From NCBI GenBank assembly GCA_951406725.2, contig OX597821.1, positions 85,808,001-85,872,000 of the forward strand: 64,000 nt of DNA, in the 5' to 3' direction. This stretch comes from Octopus vulgaris. Its lineage: Eukaryota. Below are positions 1 to 13,133 of the stretch, one piece after another. How positions within the stretch are numbered: the first letter of the stretch is position 1; each line of letters starts with the position of its first letter. The translations under genes and the position numbers were made by a program. The notes under the pieces were generated by a model that was given only the letters and a program-made list of their open reading frames with translations, did no database searches and had not been told where the DNA came from.

Positions 1-244
1 TTCCAATCTCACGAAGTATTTCAAATTTTTACATGTAAATTTTCAAAAAATGTAATTCTGATGTAAATTTTGCATGCTGATGACGAAAATTGCATTTCTT
101 AAGTCTAGAAATTCATGATTAAAACGTTACCAGGAATTTAAAGTCATGCAATTTTATCCAATCAGAAACATCTATTACCGAAATCACGAAAGGATATTTG
201 GGAAATGGAATAGGAAAGACAAGAGAAAACGCGTAGGGCAGAAA

Positions 245-287
245 GCCGCTGAAGAGGTCACAGAATGTGCGACGAAAGAACTCTGAC
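245..287 (+). ncRNA. Minimal type I hammerhead ribozyme motif (family H1)
   Basis: gccg-CTGAAGA-g-GTCAC-agaatgt-GCGAC-GAAA-gaac-TC-tgac. Canonical CUGAnGA/GAAA/UH core, stem II with one mismatch, weak stem I. Homologous to 62905-62949. Confidence 0.7.
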
Positions 288-291
288 AAAC

Positions 292-490
<199 letters not shown>

Positions 491-496
491 AGAAGA

Positions 497-1290
497 ATGG
501 GTTAAGCTAAACAGAAAAGAAATAGACAAAGGAAAATCTCAACAATGGCTGAGTAGGTCAGGACTCAAAGCAGAGACTGAAGGATTTTTAATTGCTACTC
601 AAGATCACAGCTTTCCCACCAGTAAACGACAAATACACCTCATGAATATGTGGAAGAAACAATAAGTCATATTAGAAGAAACAATAAGTCATATTATATC
701 TGGCTACCCAGTCCTGGCTAAGAAGGAATATATTCACAGACACGACAGAGTTGGAACCTATATATACTGGAAGCTATACCAATACTATGGAATAACAACA
801 AAAAATAGATGGTATAGGCATACGCCAGAAATATCCACAGAAAAACTACCATACTATGGGATATGCCATTAAACGCAGATAGAGAAATTAAGGCCAATAG
901 GCCAGATATAGTTGTCAGAGATCACCAAGAAAAAAAGTACTTTCTAATTGATGTATCAATACGTTTTACTAAAAGAAACGGAGAAACTTTCAAAATACAA
1001 AGATCTGGAAATAGAGATAACTCGAATGTGGAGCCTAAAAATAGAAACAATTCCTATCATAGTAGACGCATTAGTTATGATAAGAAAAAAACATTCAAAC
1101 AAATATATAACAGCAGGACTTATAAGTGTATATAACATACAGAAAATAGCACTACTAGACACTGCACACATCCTACGTAAAACACTTTCAATACAGTGAA
1201 AATAAGAGCATCACAACAAACCACAGCGCATTCCCAAGGCACACATAGCAGCGCTCGGTAGTGCAGTGAAAGTGTTCCCACGTCATAAAA
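497..1290 (+). mobile_element. 5'-truncated R4/Dong-clade non-LTR retrotransposon (restriction-like endonuclease C-terminus plus 3' UTR), pseudogenised
   Basis: Frameshifted translation QWLSRSGLKAETEGFLIATQD...HIISGYPVLAKKEYIHRHD...ANRPDIVV...LIDVS...KETEKLSKYKDLEIEITRMW. Contains the RHD and PD-(D/E)xK motifs of the RLE domain. Internal ~22-nt tandem duplication at ~653-696. Confidence 0.85.
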
Positions 1291-1296
1291 ATACAT

Positions 1297-1362
1297 CTGT
1301 AAGGGAATTTGACAAATTAAGTAAATATAAGGACATGGAAATTGAAATACAAAAGATGTGGC
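1297..1362 (+). mobile_element. Short fragment of a second R4-type RLE element
   Basis: Translates SVREFDKLSKYKDMEIEIQKMW, homologous to KETEKLSKYKDLEIEITRMW upstream. Confidence 0.6.
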
Positions 1363-1707
1363 ATTTTTTTTGTTTTTTTAGACGTTGTGGTGCAGGTGAA
1401 GGAAGATTTGGGTGTTATTTCTAACAGGTTGAGACATCATGTAAAGCTTTCTTCTTCGTTGTATGTGCTAATCCACATGGCATCAAAAAGTTGCAACTTC
1501 CCTAATTTCAGCAACAGAATCTTTCTGTTGTTTAAAAGATTACATAACTTTAAATGCATATAGTTGTGATTTCGAGAGAAATGAATGTGATTTTTGTCAA
1601 CAACATACAACAGTAAATAAGTGTAGAAAATCTGAAAGCAACCAGGTAAAAACTGAAATACTACAAGTGGTTAGAAGAAATTTAACAAGATCTAACTTTC
1701 AAAGTAA

Positions 1708-2082
1708 CTCTTTTACTCTTTGCGGCCATGCTGGAGCACCGCCTTTAGTCGAGCAAATCGACCCCAGGACTTATTCTTTGTAAGCCTAGTACTTCTCTTT
1801 TGCCGAAGCGCTAAGTTACGGGGACGTAAACACACCTGCATCGGTTGTCAAGCGATGTTGGGGGGACAAACACAGACGCACAAACATATACACACACATA
1901 CATATAAATATACATATATACGACGGGCTTCTTTCAGTTTCCGTCTACCAAATCCACTCACAAGGCTTTGGTCGACCCGAGGCTATAGTAGAAGACTTGC
2001 CCAAGGTGCCACACAGTGGGAATGAACCCGGAACGATGTGGTTGGTAAGCAAGGTACTTACCACACAGCCACTCCTGCGCCT
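1708..2082 (-). mobile_element. tRNA-derived SINE family S1 (CORE-like ccttgggcaag motif, internal microsatellite, CR1-like tail)
   Basis: Reverse complement of the copy at 7587-7993. Has A/B-box-like head and (gtaaaaga)n tail. Confidence 0.9.
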
Positions 2083-2374
2083 GGTAACAATCTTAGTGTA
2101 GATATTTGACTCTACGTCATTTGAACAGAGTTTTCGAGCAATTAAAGACATCTATTTTTAACGTACCTGTGTGTGAATATACATATGTGTAGTGTGTGTG
2201 TGTGTGTGTGTGTGTCTGTATGTGTATGTGGGTGGGTGGGTTTCGAAGCGTTTTCAAAAAGCAGGTAACTGCAAATCTTCGACTATATCAAGGAATTTGT
2301 TCTGAAAACTTCTGTGTGTGAGTGTCTGTTTATATGTATGTGCGTGTGTGTATATGTTTTTTTTATCATGTATA

Positions 2375-2640
2375 CTGAAGAATAAATAAAAATAAAAAAC
2401 AAAGCGAATTCGTTCAGAATCAGTATTATTAGTTTGATATTCAGGGAAAAGGAAAAAGTTAATTGCCATAACGTTTCGAATATTACCTTCTGTTAATGAA
2501 ATAAGAGAAGAGAAAAGACAAGAAAATACTGGAAAAAGAAAAAAAAAGTGAAGAAACAAAATTAAAAAATGCAGTTCCGGTAAAAAGTGCTTCGTAAATT
2601 TGGTGTAAATGTTAGCCGTTGACTGACCGGAAGTTGGATG
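2375..2640 (-). mobile_element. Diverged copy of HHR-bearing short element family H2
   Basis: Minus strand reads ttcGAAACGTTatg...ttccctgaatatcaaactaataatac, matching gctcGAAACGTT...ttcctgagcg...taatac of the 25.9 and 39.9 kb copies. The CUGAnGA core is decayed. Confidence 0.5.
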
Positions 2641-2964
2641 CTGGGCTAAATGAGGTGTTTTCAGACAGAAGTACGAATACAAATGAACGTGTAGGTCTCA
2701 GTACATGTCGGTGTGCATGACTTCTACATGCGTCTCAATGTGAGAGTGAGAGCATGTGTATGGACACCCCACACACACACACACAAATACATATATGAAT
2801 ATATATGTGTGTGTGTAGATACATATATAATGTTTTTAAATGTGTGTGTCTGTGTGTGTATATATATATACACATATATTTATCGTGACACATACATGCG
2901 TGTGTGCGTGTGCATGTTATTGTATGTATATATATGTATGTACAAATATAATTGTATTGTATGT

Positions 2965-3330
2965 AGGATGAACCTACAGGTTACCCGTAAGGTTAGAAAT
3001 ATAGTGTATAGCTTATGATGCACTGAAGGACGGTGCAGAAGTATGACAACTACTTACATTGGAGTGACAGCACGCAGCATAGGAGAACGTATAGGTGGAC
3101 ACTGGCGAGAGCTCAGAGAGGAGAAAGGCTCGTCAGTGCTCTACCAACATGCTCAAGCAGAACATGGAGGCTCAGTCAATAGCATAGAGGTCAAAGTATT
3201 ATCAATGCGACACTTAGACAGATCACAGAGGCTACTCACATAGCAATAGACAGACCGAGTCTCAACAGAAAACACGAATGGAACAATAACACCCACTACC
3301 ACACCACACAACATGATGACTAAAGACTGA
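2965..3330 (+). pseudogene. Penelope-like element GIY-YIG endonuclease fragment
   Basis: NIVYSL*CTEGRC...TYIGVTARSIGERIGGH...SSVLYQH: VY-x-C-x-C-YIG-x-T-x-R pattern with stop codons. Confidence 0.75.
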
Positions 3331-3534
3331 AGGGAGGAAAAATAACAGATCCAAACAGCGTAATACACATACAATAGACATTTATGCACATATCTATGAT
3401 AAAAATTTAAAAAACTAGAGACATGAATAAAATCTATAAAGGGCATGAATACAAACAACATAGAAAGCGAACCCATATATACACAAACACGCATACGGTA
3501 ACTTCACAGACGGTTGTAACAATATCAACAACAC

Positions 3535-3569
3535 GACTAACGACAACAACAGAAACAACAACAACAACA

Positions 3570-3625
<56 letters not shown>

Positions 3626-3626
3626 C
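3535..3626. repeat. (ACA)n(CTA)n microsatellite
   Basis: Visible runs. Confidence 0.95.
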
Positions 3627-3781
3627 ATGATGGCAGCAGCGTAGGCGAACACACAAACACAGTGAGTTACAAGAACGGTACAAAAAGTTGGGTTTGAAGG
3701 GTAGCAGCAGCGGCCATGCCGAAATCTACTTGGTGTAATTAATAATTATTCCAAATTAATTAATTTCACCCTTTATTGTTA

Positions 3782-3841
<60 letters not shown>

Positions 3842-4384
3842 TAGATAGATAGATAGATAGATATACACACAAGCACACATAAATATATACATACGTTTGT
3901 GCGCGTACAAAACACACTTATATACAGGTACATTTGTGTTCCTATAGGCATATTTGTGCGTATGTATGGGTTCAATATGTTCACATCTGTGATTGTATGT
4001 GCATATTCAATCAGCTGTGTTCATATGTCTGTGTAAGCACTTGAGCTTTGCGGGTATGCATGTGTGTTCGTGGAGACGTGTATGCATACGTGAGTTTGCA
4101 TGTGTATGTGTGTGTGCGTGTGAGTGTACGCGCGCGTTTGTATGTGCATATGATGGTAGGCCATTTCACCTCACAACGAATGAACTGTTTGTATAAACTT
4201 TTCAAATTTATGTAGTGAAATCACGTAATGTTAACTGTTATTTTAAGTAGATTCAATTCATTTCTATCAATACTATAGCGGTATTTATGGCTTCTATCGA
4301 AAGCTGTAAATACTGCTTCTGGAATAATTTTGAATCCAGTTCGTAAAGTGTTTTCACTCAGAAAACTCGGCTCTTATATATATA

Positions 4385-4435
<51 letters not shown>

Positions 4436-4653
4436 TATATATATATATATACATTATCTATAGATAGATAGATAGATAGATAGATTTTCAGAGAGACCAA
4501 ACAGTACTAGATATACACTTGCAGTACCATCGGAAATTTCACAATTATTCTGAGAAGTCTACGATTATTGGATGCTTATTAAAATACATCTCCTAATATA
4601 ATAATACTCGTAGTGTTTTTATATATTTGTATGTGTGTACGTATGTATGTATG

Positions 4654-4687
<34 letters not shown>

Positions 4688-5504
4688 TGTATGTATGTTT
4701 AGAATCACGCTTGACGCGGAGGAGGAGGGAAAATAGTAATTCAGTGAAGGAGAAGTAGTGAGAGTAATAGCCCTGACTGAGAGGAAGTGAGAGAAAGTAA
4801 TAACAATGGGAGAAAGGAAGGGGTGATACATGAAAGAGGAAGGATGGGGCGAAAAAATCACCGTTTCAACTCTGTGTGAATATATGTGCGTATATGTGTT
4901 CTGTACAAAGGAAGTATGTAGATGTTTGTATGCGTGATTATTATACACCTTACTTTTTACCTTATTTATATATAAAATACTACAGTTAGCCCTCATTATT
5001 GACGGCACGTAGTCAGCTAGTAATATATATTTGTGTTATTTTTCCTGAAGCATCTGATTCATGAGATAGTGTAAAAGTTTTCATAGGCTGTATAAACGGT
5101 ACGATCCGTAGTCTCATAGTTTGTGTTATGCATTTGCTATCTCTTCAAACTTAAAAATTGTTATGTATTAGTTTTATCTTTACGTCAAGGGCCGAACATG
5201 CTCTAGAAAGAGATATATACATAAAGAGTATGAGATGCTTTGGCACAGCCCTTATGGCGCCACTTATTTGGCGTCGTTGATTCGACGTTGACTTATTTGA
5301 CGATAACCATTTTTATGTTTCCATCGCTCGCTCTCTCCCTTTCGCTCTCCTTTTCTCCCTCCCTCCCTCTTTCCCTACTTCCCTCAGATTGTCTATCGTC
5401 TGTCACTCTGTCTGCCCCTCCCTCTGCTTATGTGTGCAAGCATATTTCTCTGTGAATGATGAGACGGAAAGTGTTCATGTCAATTGTGCTCAGTTAATAT
5501 ATTA

Positions 5505-6012
5505 TGCCTCTCTCCCATCCTTCTCTATCTCTTTCCCTTCCTTCTTACTTTTCTCCCTTCCCTGCTTCTCTGTTTCCCTTCCTTCTCTCTTTTCTCCCCT
5601 CCCCCTCTCTCTCTCTTTCCCTTCCTTCTGTCTTTTCTCCCCTCCCCTTCTCTCTTTTTCCCTTCCTTCCGTTTTCTCCCCTCCCTCTCTCCTATCGCTT
5701 CTCTCCCTCCTCCTCCTCCTCCTCCTCCTCTTCTTCTTCCCCCTCCTCTTCTTCCCCCTCTCTGCTCTTCCTATATATCCTCTTCTATTACTTCTATCTC
5801 TCCCTCCTACCCTTTCCTCCCTTTCCTTCACTTTCTCCTCTCTCTCTTTCCCTCCCTCTTCCCTTTACCTTCCCAATGTAATCCTCTCTCTCTTTCCCTA
5901 TCTTTCCCTCTCTCCCTCCCTTTTCCCTTTCCCTTCCACCTTCTACCTCTCTCTTTCGCCCCCTTTCCTTTCTCCCCTCCCTCTCTCCCTTCCCTTTCTC
6001 TCCATTTTTCTG
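5505..6012. repeat. Polypyrimidine/polypurine low-complexity tract
   Basis: About 500 nt of almost only C/T on the + strand. Confidence 0.95.
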
Positions 6013-6344
6013 TTTGTGTAATTGCAAATTAGTGTTTCCATGAAAATATACTGGTTCACTTCCCTTCATCTTTCCACGGTGGCTAAGTTATTAAACTTTT
6101 TGAAAATATCCAGAAAGAATAAAGTAAATAGTAAAAGCTTTAAACAGCCTCAACCATAGAACAGAACGAAATCGATGTCATAACCTGTCTAAACTGGGAA
6201 CAAATCCTTATTTTCCTATCAAACAATGGTGTATGTGGTTGGACTTGAACCCGCAGATCCAGCGAACAGTTCAATGTTGGTTCTAAAAAGAAAATATCAA
6301 TAATAATTCATATCACACTTAATTCAAAATATTTATTTCTCACT

Positions 6345-6477
6345 TTATAATTTAACACACTCACCGGTAAAATTTCCACTTATTTCTTATTTTTATTTTC
6401 CTAGAAATTTCGTTGCGTCTTGCAACCTTTTCAGTAGTCACCGGTAAAATTTTATCGGTGAGCGTGTTAAATTATAA
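6345..6477. mobile_element. Fold-back element (about 31-bp inverted arms) enclosing a hammerhead motif
   Basis: ttataatttaacacactcaccggtaaaattt (6345-6375) is the inverse of aaattttatcggtgagcgtgttaaattataa (6447-6477). tcaccggtaaaattt is also directly repeated at 6438-6452. Confidence 0.75.
6401..6437 (-). ncRNA. Minimal type I hammerhead motif, G8A core variant
   Basis: Minus strand: cta-CTGAAAA-g-GTTGC-aagac-GCAAC-GAAA-tt-TC-tag. Perfect 5-bp stem II and 3-bp stem I. Confidence 0.65.
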
Positions 6478-7586
6478 GGCACAAAAAGAAAATGACTCTC
6501 CCCAGACACAACAGAATATGCTTCAACACACGAACTCACATAAAGAATCTTACAAACCAAATTCAAAAACGAAATTTATTTCTCAATCTTTCCAATACGT
6601 AACATGGTGAAATGGTGTTAGGTCAACATTGTTGAATTATGAGCAAAAGATAAATTATCGTCAACCATGTTTTATTGAAAGCACTTAACATTTTACCTTA
6701 CAATATTTACAATTGTTTTAGTTATAGTAGAACAAGCCGCTAATTCTAAATTTAAAGGCAAGGTCAAATCTAACATGATTATTAAATTTGACTGCTAATA
6801 GTCTAGGTCCCACTATCCTCAAATGCTGAACTCCAAATGACCGAGACGGTATCTGTAACTGAAGAGGCGAAATCTCACCGAAGCAATGACACTGGTGACG
6901 TTGCTTGGAGTTCGGTTCGATATGTTTTTACATACAAAGTTAATAGAGAAATTTTTTTCTCCGAGACGAAATGCCACAGCGTACGCCTTTCAGGTTTTAG
7001 TGTAAAGGGAACTTTTGAAAATAAACGCACACGCCTTTATTGCAATTCTCCCTTCTTCACTTGCGTATACTAAAATAATCCCACCTTTGTAAGCCTAAGC
7101 ATTCGCCAGCAAATGTATTGTTTGCTGCTCTTTATATACAGGAACATCCAGCTTAGCTCAAAAAGACCAACTACTTCGATTAACGAATTTTAAAAATATT
7201 TTAGAGAAAAAGAATATGGAAAACGGTTTTTAAAATATATTTATAAATAGTTTTCAATGAGAGTATATTTGAGCCTGTTGAATTCGCCTTATTTTCTAGT
7301 GAAGGGCATTTTTTTGAAGAGCGGCATGTGTAGATAGACAGAGGTCGTGCAATGATTCGGCGGAGACAAGCTTTCTTGTATTTTTGCCTGCGTTTTTACA
7401 TCGTCCACAATCTTCAAAGCACTCAAAATACGTGCATATGAAGAGTGGTTAAGCTCTAACTCTTTTTCTCTGTATATTGTCCATTTTCAAAAGTTTGCCT
7501 ATTACTCGGCCTCTGTAACTCAGCGACATTTTTTTTTTTTACTGCACCAATAATAATTATTTTTCATACATTTAGCTAACAGTATA

Positions 7587-7993
7587 GGCGCAGGAGTGGC
7601 TGTGTGGTAAGTAGCTTGCTAACCAGCCACATGGTTCCGGGTTCAGTCCCACTGCGTGGCACCTTGGGCAAGTGTCTTCTACTATAACCCCGGGCCGACC
7701 AATGCCTTGTGAGTGGATTTGGTAGACGGAAACTGAAAGAAGCCTGTCGTATATATGTATATATATATGTATATATGTGTATGTGTGTGTGTTTGTGTTT
7801 GTCCCCCCAGCATTGCTTGACAACCAATGCTGGTGTGTTTACGTCCCCGTTACTTAGCGGTTCGGCAAAAGAGACCGATAGAATAAGTACTGGGCTTACA
7901 AAGAATAAGTCTCGGGGTCGATTTGCTCGACTAAAGGCGGTGCTCCAGCATGGCCGCAGTCAAATGACTGAAACAAGTAAAAGAGTAAAAGAG
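7587..7993 (+). mobile_element. SINE family S1, full-length
   Basis: ggcgcaggagTGGCTGTGTGG (A box)...GGTTCAGTCCC (B box)...ccttgggcaag...internal (TA)n(TG)n...ggcggtgctccagcatggccgcagtcaaatgactgaaac + (gtaaaaga)n. Confidence 0.92.
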
Positions 7994-8009
7994 TATTTAA
8001 AAAGCATAA

Positions 8010-8120
8010 TGCTGACCAAAGCGTGCCGGATTAAATGACTTGAGGTTCGCGTTCTTTCGGTTCGAATTCCAAATCCTTCGATTAACTTTGGTTTTCGTCC
8101 TGCCAGGTTGGATAAAGTGG
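8010..8120 (+). mobile_element. Old partial SINE family S3
   Basis: Degenerate match (ttcgaattcc...aactttggttttcgtcct...gataaa) to the adjacent copy at 8213-8430. Confidence 0.45.
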
Positions 8121-8212
8121 AGTGTAGCCCCCTCCCCTCCGCTCTCTCTCTCTCACTCTGTGGTTACCACGTCTTTAAGATCCAACGAAACCAAAACGAT
8201 TGTGAAGGTGTC

Positions 8213-8430
8213 TAAGGTGGCGAGTTGGCAGAATCGTTAGCACGCCGGGCAAAATGCTTAGAGGTATTTCGCCGTCTTTACGTTCTGAGTTCAAATTCCG
8301 CCGAGCTCAACTTCGCCTTTTATTTTTTCGGGGGTCGATGAAATAAGTACCAATTGAGCACTGGGGTCGATGTCATCGATTATCTCCTTCCCACAAATTT
8401 CAGGCCTTGTGTCCTAGAATAGAAAAGAAT
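8213..8430 (+). mobile_element. SINE family S3 (Nin/Deu-domain-like)
   Basis: ggcgagttggcagaatcgttagcacg...gagttcaaattcc...gcctt...ggggtcgat...taagtacca. Repeated at 17884, 34148, 42590 and 28570. Confidence 0.85.
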
Positions 8431-8883
8431 TATGAGGGTGTCTGACCGCTCACAGATACACGGCTATCTAAAAAGGAACAAAGGCAGAGTGCATGCTGTT
8501 AGTAAATCATATTTAAATATGTGAGGCCGCCGAGTTAACACACACACACACACAGACACACACACACACACAGACACACACATACACACACACAGGCACG
8601 CACACACACAAGCACACACACAGACACACACACACACGCACACGTTCGCGCGCACACAAAGCACATCAAGCCCAGAGTTTTATATGTGATGTAAACTAAA
8701 TAACGAGCAAGTTAAGTGGGTGGGAGTGAATATAACATTCGTGGTTGAGAAATATTGAATGAATGAGACTCATTTCAAAGAGAACGTCGGGAGTTTCCCA
8801 TTTTCACCTCGATGGAGTTTTGAAGAAAGAATAAAAGAAGGGGGGACGAGAAGGAAGGAAGGAAGGAAGGAAGGAAGAAGAAG

Positions 8884-8914
<31 letters not shown>

Positions 8915-8999
8915 GTTTATGATGTATTCTTCTGGTTCTGCGTCGCCGATGTTTAATAATTAGCCGACTTCGCATAAAATACTCCCACGCTTTCTCCCC

Positions 9000-9047
9000 A
9001 TCTTCACCACTACTACCACCACCACCACCACCGCCGCCGCCACCACC

Positions 9048-9096
<49 letters not shown>

Positions 9097-9349
9097 GTAA
9101 CACTGCCGCCACCGCCGCCGTCGATGCCGCCACCACCACAAATACCAAATCCACAACCACCACCACCACTTCCACTACCCACACCCTACTACCACCACCG
9201 TCACCGCCGCCGCTGCCACCCCAGTTTTTTCTTATGCAATAAATGTAGGCCTAAGGACATCCCTTAAAAAGACGGAGTGGTCACCATTGGAATGCATTTG
9301 ATCATAGGTCTGCTCTATCAGGGTTGATGTGGAGCTTGAGCAACAACAA

Positions 9350-9380
<31 letters not shown>

Positions 9381-9660
9381 AATGGCAACGACGTAACCAT
9401 AATCGCTTCAGCCGGTGCTATCACCAGCACTATGACCGGTACCAAAACCACTACCAGAGACAATACCATCACAACCACCACCACCACCATCACTATCACC
9501 ATTGTCATCATTATCATCTTCACCACCACCACCACCGCCGCCGCCGCCAACACCACCGCCACCACCACCATCGTCCCCATCACCACCACCATCACTGCCG
9601 TAACTATGATCATCATAAGGACCAGCATCATAACCATTACCATTCCTACCATGAGGACGG
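9000..9660. repeat. (CAC/CAA/CAT/CCG)n trinucleotide low-complexity region
   Basis: Visible runs with a short unique island at ~9225-9340. Confidence 0.9.
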
Positions 9661-10111
9661 TGTGAATGTGTGTGCATGTGTGTGTGTGAGGGGTTGTATG
9701 TGTATGTGTGCGTGGGCGTGTGAGTGTATGTATGTATGTGTATGTGTGTGTTTATGTATGAGTGTGTATGTGTGTGTATGCGTGGGTGTGGGTGCGTGTG
9801 TCTGTGTGTCTGTGTGTGTGAGTAATATCTTCAGCTCTCACTACCCTGTTATGAAATATTCAGTTGTTTATCTTTCACTATTCGATATCTGTTATTTAAT
9901 ATGGCAGACATAAGAAATCACACACACACACACACACACACATACACACACATACACACACATACACACATACACACACATACACACACACACTTATATA
10001 CAACTATACGTGTGTGTCTGTGTGGGTGCGTGTGTGCGTCCACCCGCGCAAGCACTGGCGCGGATGCGTCCACGGACTCTCACACGGACACACGCACATG
10101 CATAAACTAAG

Positions 10112-10231
<120 letters not shown>

Positions 10232-10597
10232 GGAGGCAGGGGAACATGAACACAAACAAGTCGAATCTAAAGAGCTTGCTGCGTGAAAAAGAAAAGAGGA
10301 AAATATGAAGGCGGTATCGCTAAAGATCGATTGGTGACAACAACAACAACAACAAGCACTCGAAGAACAACAAGAACACGAACGACGACATGAAAAGGGA
10401 GACATAAAGAGAAAACTGTTACGGAAATTAACAGAAAGCATATTAGATATATTATTAAAGAAAATTATGCTTCAAGGAATAAAACACGGTAAAATGAACG
10501 CTACCCTTCCCATCGACCGATCTCTTTACAAACTGATTTTTATCAGTTTTATAATCAAACGATGCCGTTTTCTCTTATTGTCGTCGCTATTGATGAT

Positions 10598-10651
<54 letters not shown>

Positions 10652-10792
10652 CACACACACATACACACACACACACAAACACTCACACACACCTCTCTCT
10701 CCCTCCTTCAATCTCTCACTCCCTCTCTCTGTTACACACATATTATGTATGTACGTCTATGTGTGTGTGTGTTTGTGTCTGTGTGCATACAT

Positions 10793-10829
<37 letters not shown>

Positions 10830-11147
10830 CTCACATACAAACACACATATGTATATACTTGTATGTTTTATTCAAATGTATGCGTATATATAAACGTATA
10901 TGCAAACGTTTTATATAAGCGTATATACATCCGCAAGAACATACATTTATACACAGTTATTAATGTACATATATGTAATACATCTATCTTGTGTGTCTGT
11001 ATATATGTGTGTGTGTATGTGCATATATATATATATTTATATACACACATATATCTATAATATATATTTTATACTCATATGTTATTCATATGTATATTAT
11101 AGATATATAAACATATTAATATATATTTATAACATATACATGTGTGT

Positions 11148-11229
<82 letters not shown>

Positions 11230-11422
11230 TTCATGTATATATATATGTATTTAATTGTATTATATATATATAAGGAATCTGTATGTCAATGTGTTTATAT
11301 ATGCATATATATATTTAGATATATCTGTAGATGCACATCTATACACATATATTCACGTGGACGCACATATGTTCGTATGTATTAAGCATGTATACATATA
11401 CATATATGTGTGTGTGTACATA

Positions 11423-11478
<56 letters not shown>

Positions 11479-12733
11479 TACGTACACAAACCTACATATG
11501 TATACATACACACATATGTATACATATACACACATATATATGCGTATTTATGTTACACTCTTCTACACGCAGACACACACATACATACATATATTCACAC
11601 TGATATGCATATATGCATATACATATATACATATTTATGGAATATATAGTATATGATATATAATATTCACATTCACACAAACATACATACACACATACAT
11701 ACATACATACATACATACATACATACATACATACATACATACATACATACATACATACATACACACATACATACATACATTCGTACGTAGACATTAGTAT
11801 ATTCCTGTCTACGACAATTATTATATGTTCTGAATAGACTTGATCGGAAAACAGAAACCACAAAGTGACTAGAAATGGGTTGAAAGAGGGGGGGGGTAGG
11901 TTGACGTGACGATTAGCTGAAATGCTTTGAACTGGTTTCTCAACCGGCGCAATTCATGCGAAAAGAGAGTCTAGCCGCAGTGAATATAAGACAAAGACAA
12001 GAAGCTTAGTTCATCTCAGGTAATAAAGAATATATTTTGAAGTTCAGGGGAGAAATAATAACTGCTTTTAGCCATATTAGACAAGATAGGCACAGACGTA
12101 AATATTGGACGAGGTGATCTAAGGACATGATCAGCTGTTCTTAGCTGCTCTTTGAATATTGGCGCAGACGGTTGAAGTGAATTGCCAATAAATATATTTG
12201 GTGAAACTCTCATAATCCATTAGGCACTAGACGGGGGAAGGGACCCACTGAAAAATTTTTTTTTTATCTTCATTGACATCAAAGTGAAGTCTGTATAACG
12301 ATAAACCATACCAAACGGGAGGAAGTTGAATGAAGTTATTATTGTAAGCTAAAGAAACACTTGTTAATTTTGCTTTGCTCCCTCAGCTGACATCAGTGAC
12401 CTACCTACACTAGATGACTTGGTGGAACGGGTCGTTGAGAGTTAAGAGCTTTGGTCATAGACACATGGCAGCATTGGAGTCGATAGGTCAGGACACTCAT
12501 TCCTCCCCACAGCTCCCGCAATTAGACGGCTAATGGTGGATTTATTTATAATTTGAGAAAACCGTCAGCCAAAATACTGACTCAGCCCATAGTACAGGAC
12601 CAACGACAGGATATAGAACCTCAATAGTTGGACTGGAAGTTTGATGCCTTATTATTCACAAAGTATTTTGTCGTGAAATGTTTACTAATACATATTTAAT
12701 CTCTGAGCGAGGTATAAACAGTAGCTGCACGAC

Positions 12734-13133
12734 ATCGTGAAGTATATTTGCCACTTAAATGTGGCTAACCCTTAAGGGTGAATGCTACTGTAGCTTGTAG
12801 CCCCAGGAGGACACCTCCTCCAGCAGGCTATTGACACACTTTCTGTACCCTATCGTCACTGGAAAATGGATACATATTTGCAAAGGGAGGCCTACTTTTC
12901 ATTGACAACCGGTGACTGTCACACACTGATGACGGGTCAATACCCAAAAACTCGAGTCCTTGTGTATCATACAGGTTGAAGATGAAAAGGATGGCTTCCC
13001 TTTGCAAATACTGATAGGGCACAGAAAGTGTGTCAATAACCAGCTGGAGGAGGTGTCCTCCTGGAGCTACAAGCTACAGTGGCATCCACTCTTAAGGGTT
13101 AGCCACATATAAGTGGTAAATATACTTCACGAT
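12734..13133. mobile_element. Fold-back element with ~120-bp inverted arms and an HHR motif in the spacer
   Basis: 12734-12854 is the near reverse complement of 13014-13133 (atcgtgaagtatattt... / ...aaatatacttcacgat). Confidence 0.85.
12921..12965 (+). ncRNA. Type I hammerhead motif with palindromic stem III, G12 mutated
   Basis: acaca-CTGATGA-cGGGT-caat-ACCCa-aAAA-CTCGAG-TC-ct-tgtgt. Palindromic ACTCGAGT and a GUC triplet. Confidence 0.6.

Noticed and set aside
70-97. CTGATGA-C-GAAA hammerhead-like string
   Set aside because: There is no room for stem II; it is likely part of a DNA-transposon relic.
6853-6895. CTGAAGA-GGCGA-aatc-TCACC-GAAG motif
   Set aside because: GAAG instead of GAAA, and no convincing cleavage triplet or stem I.
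9329-9913. Poly-Q/His-rich ORF resembling a transcription-factor exon
   Set aside because: It is composed of trinucleotide and dinucleotide repeats open in several frames, with no supported splice sites.
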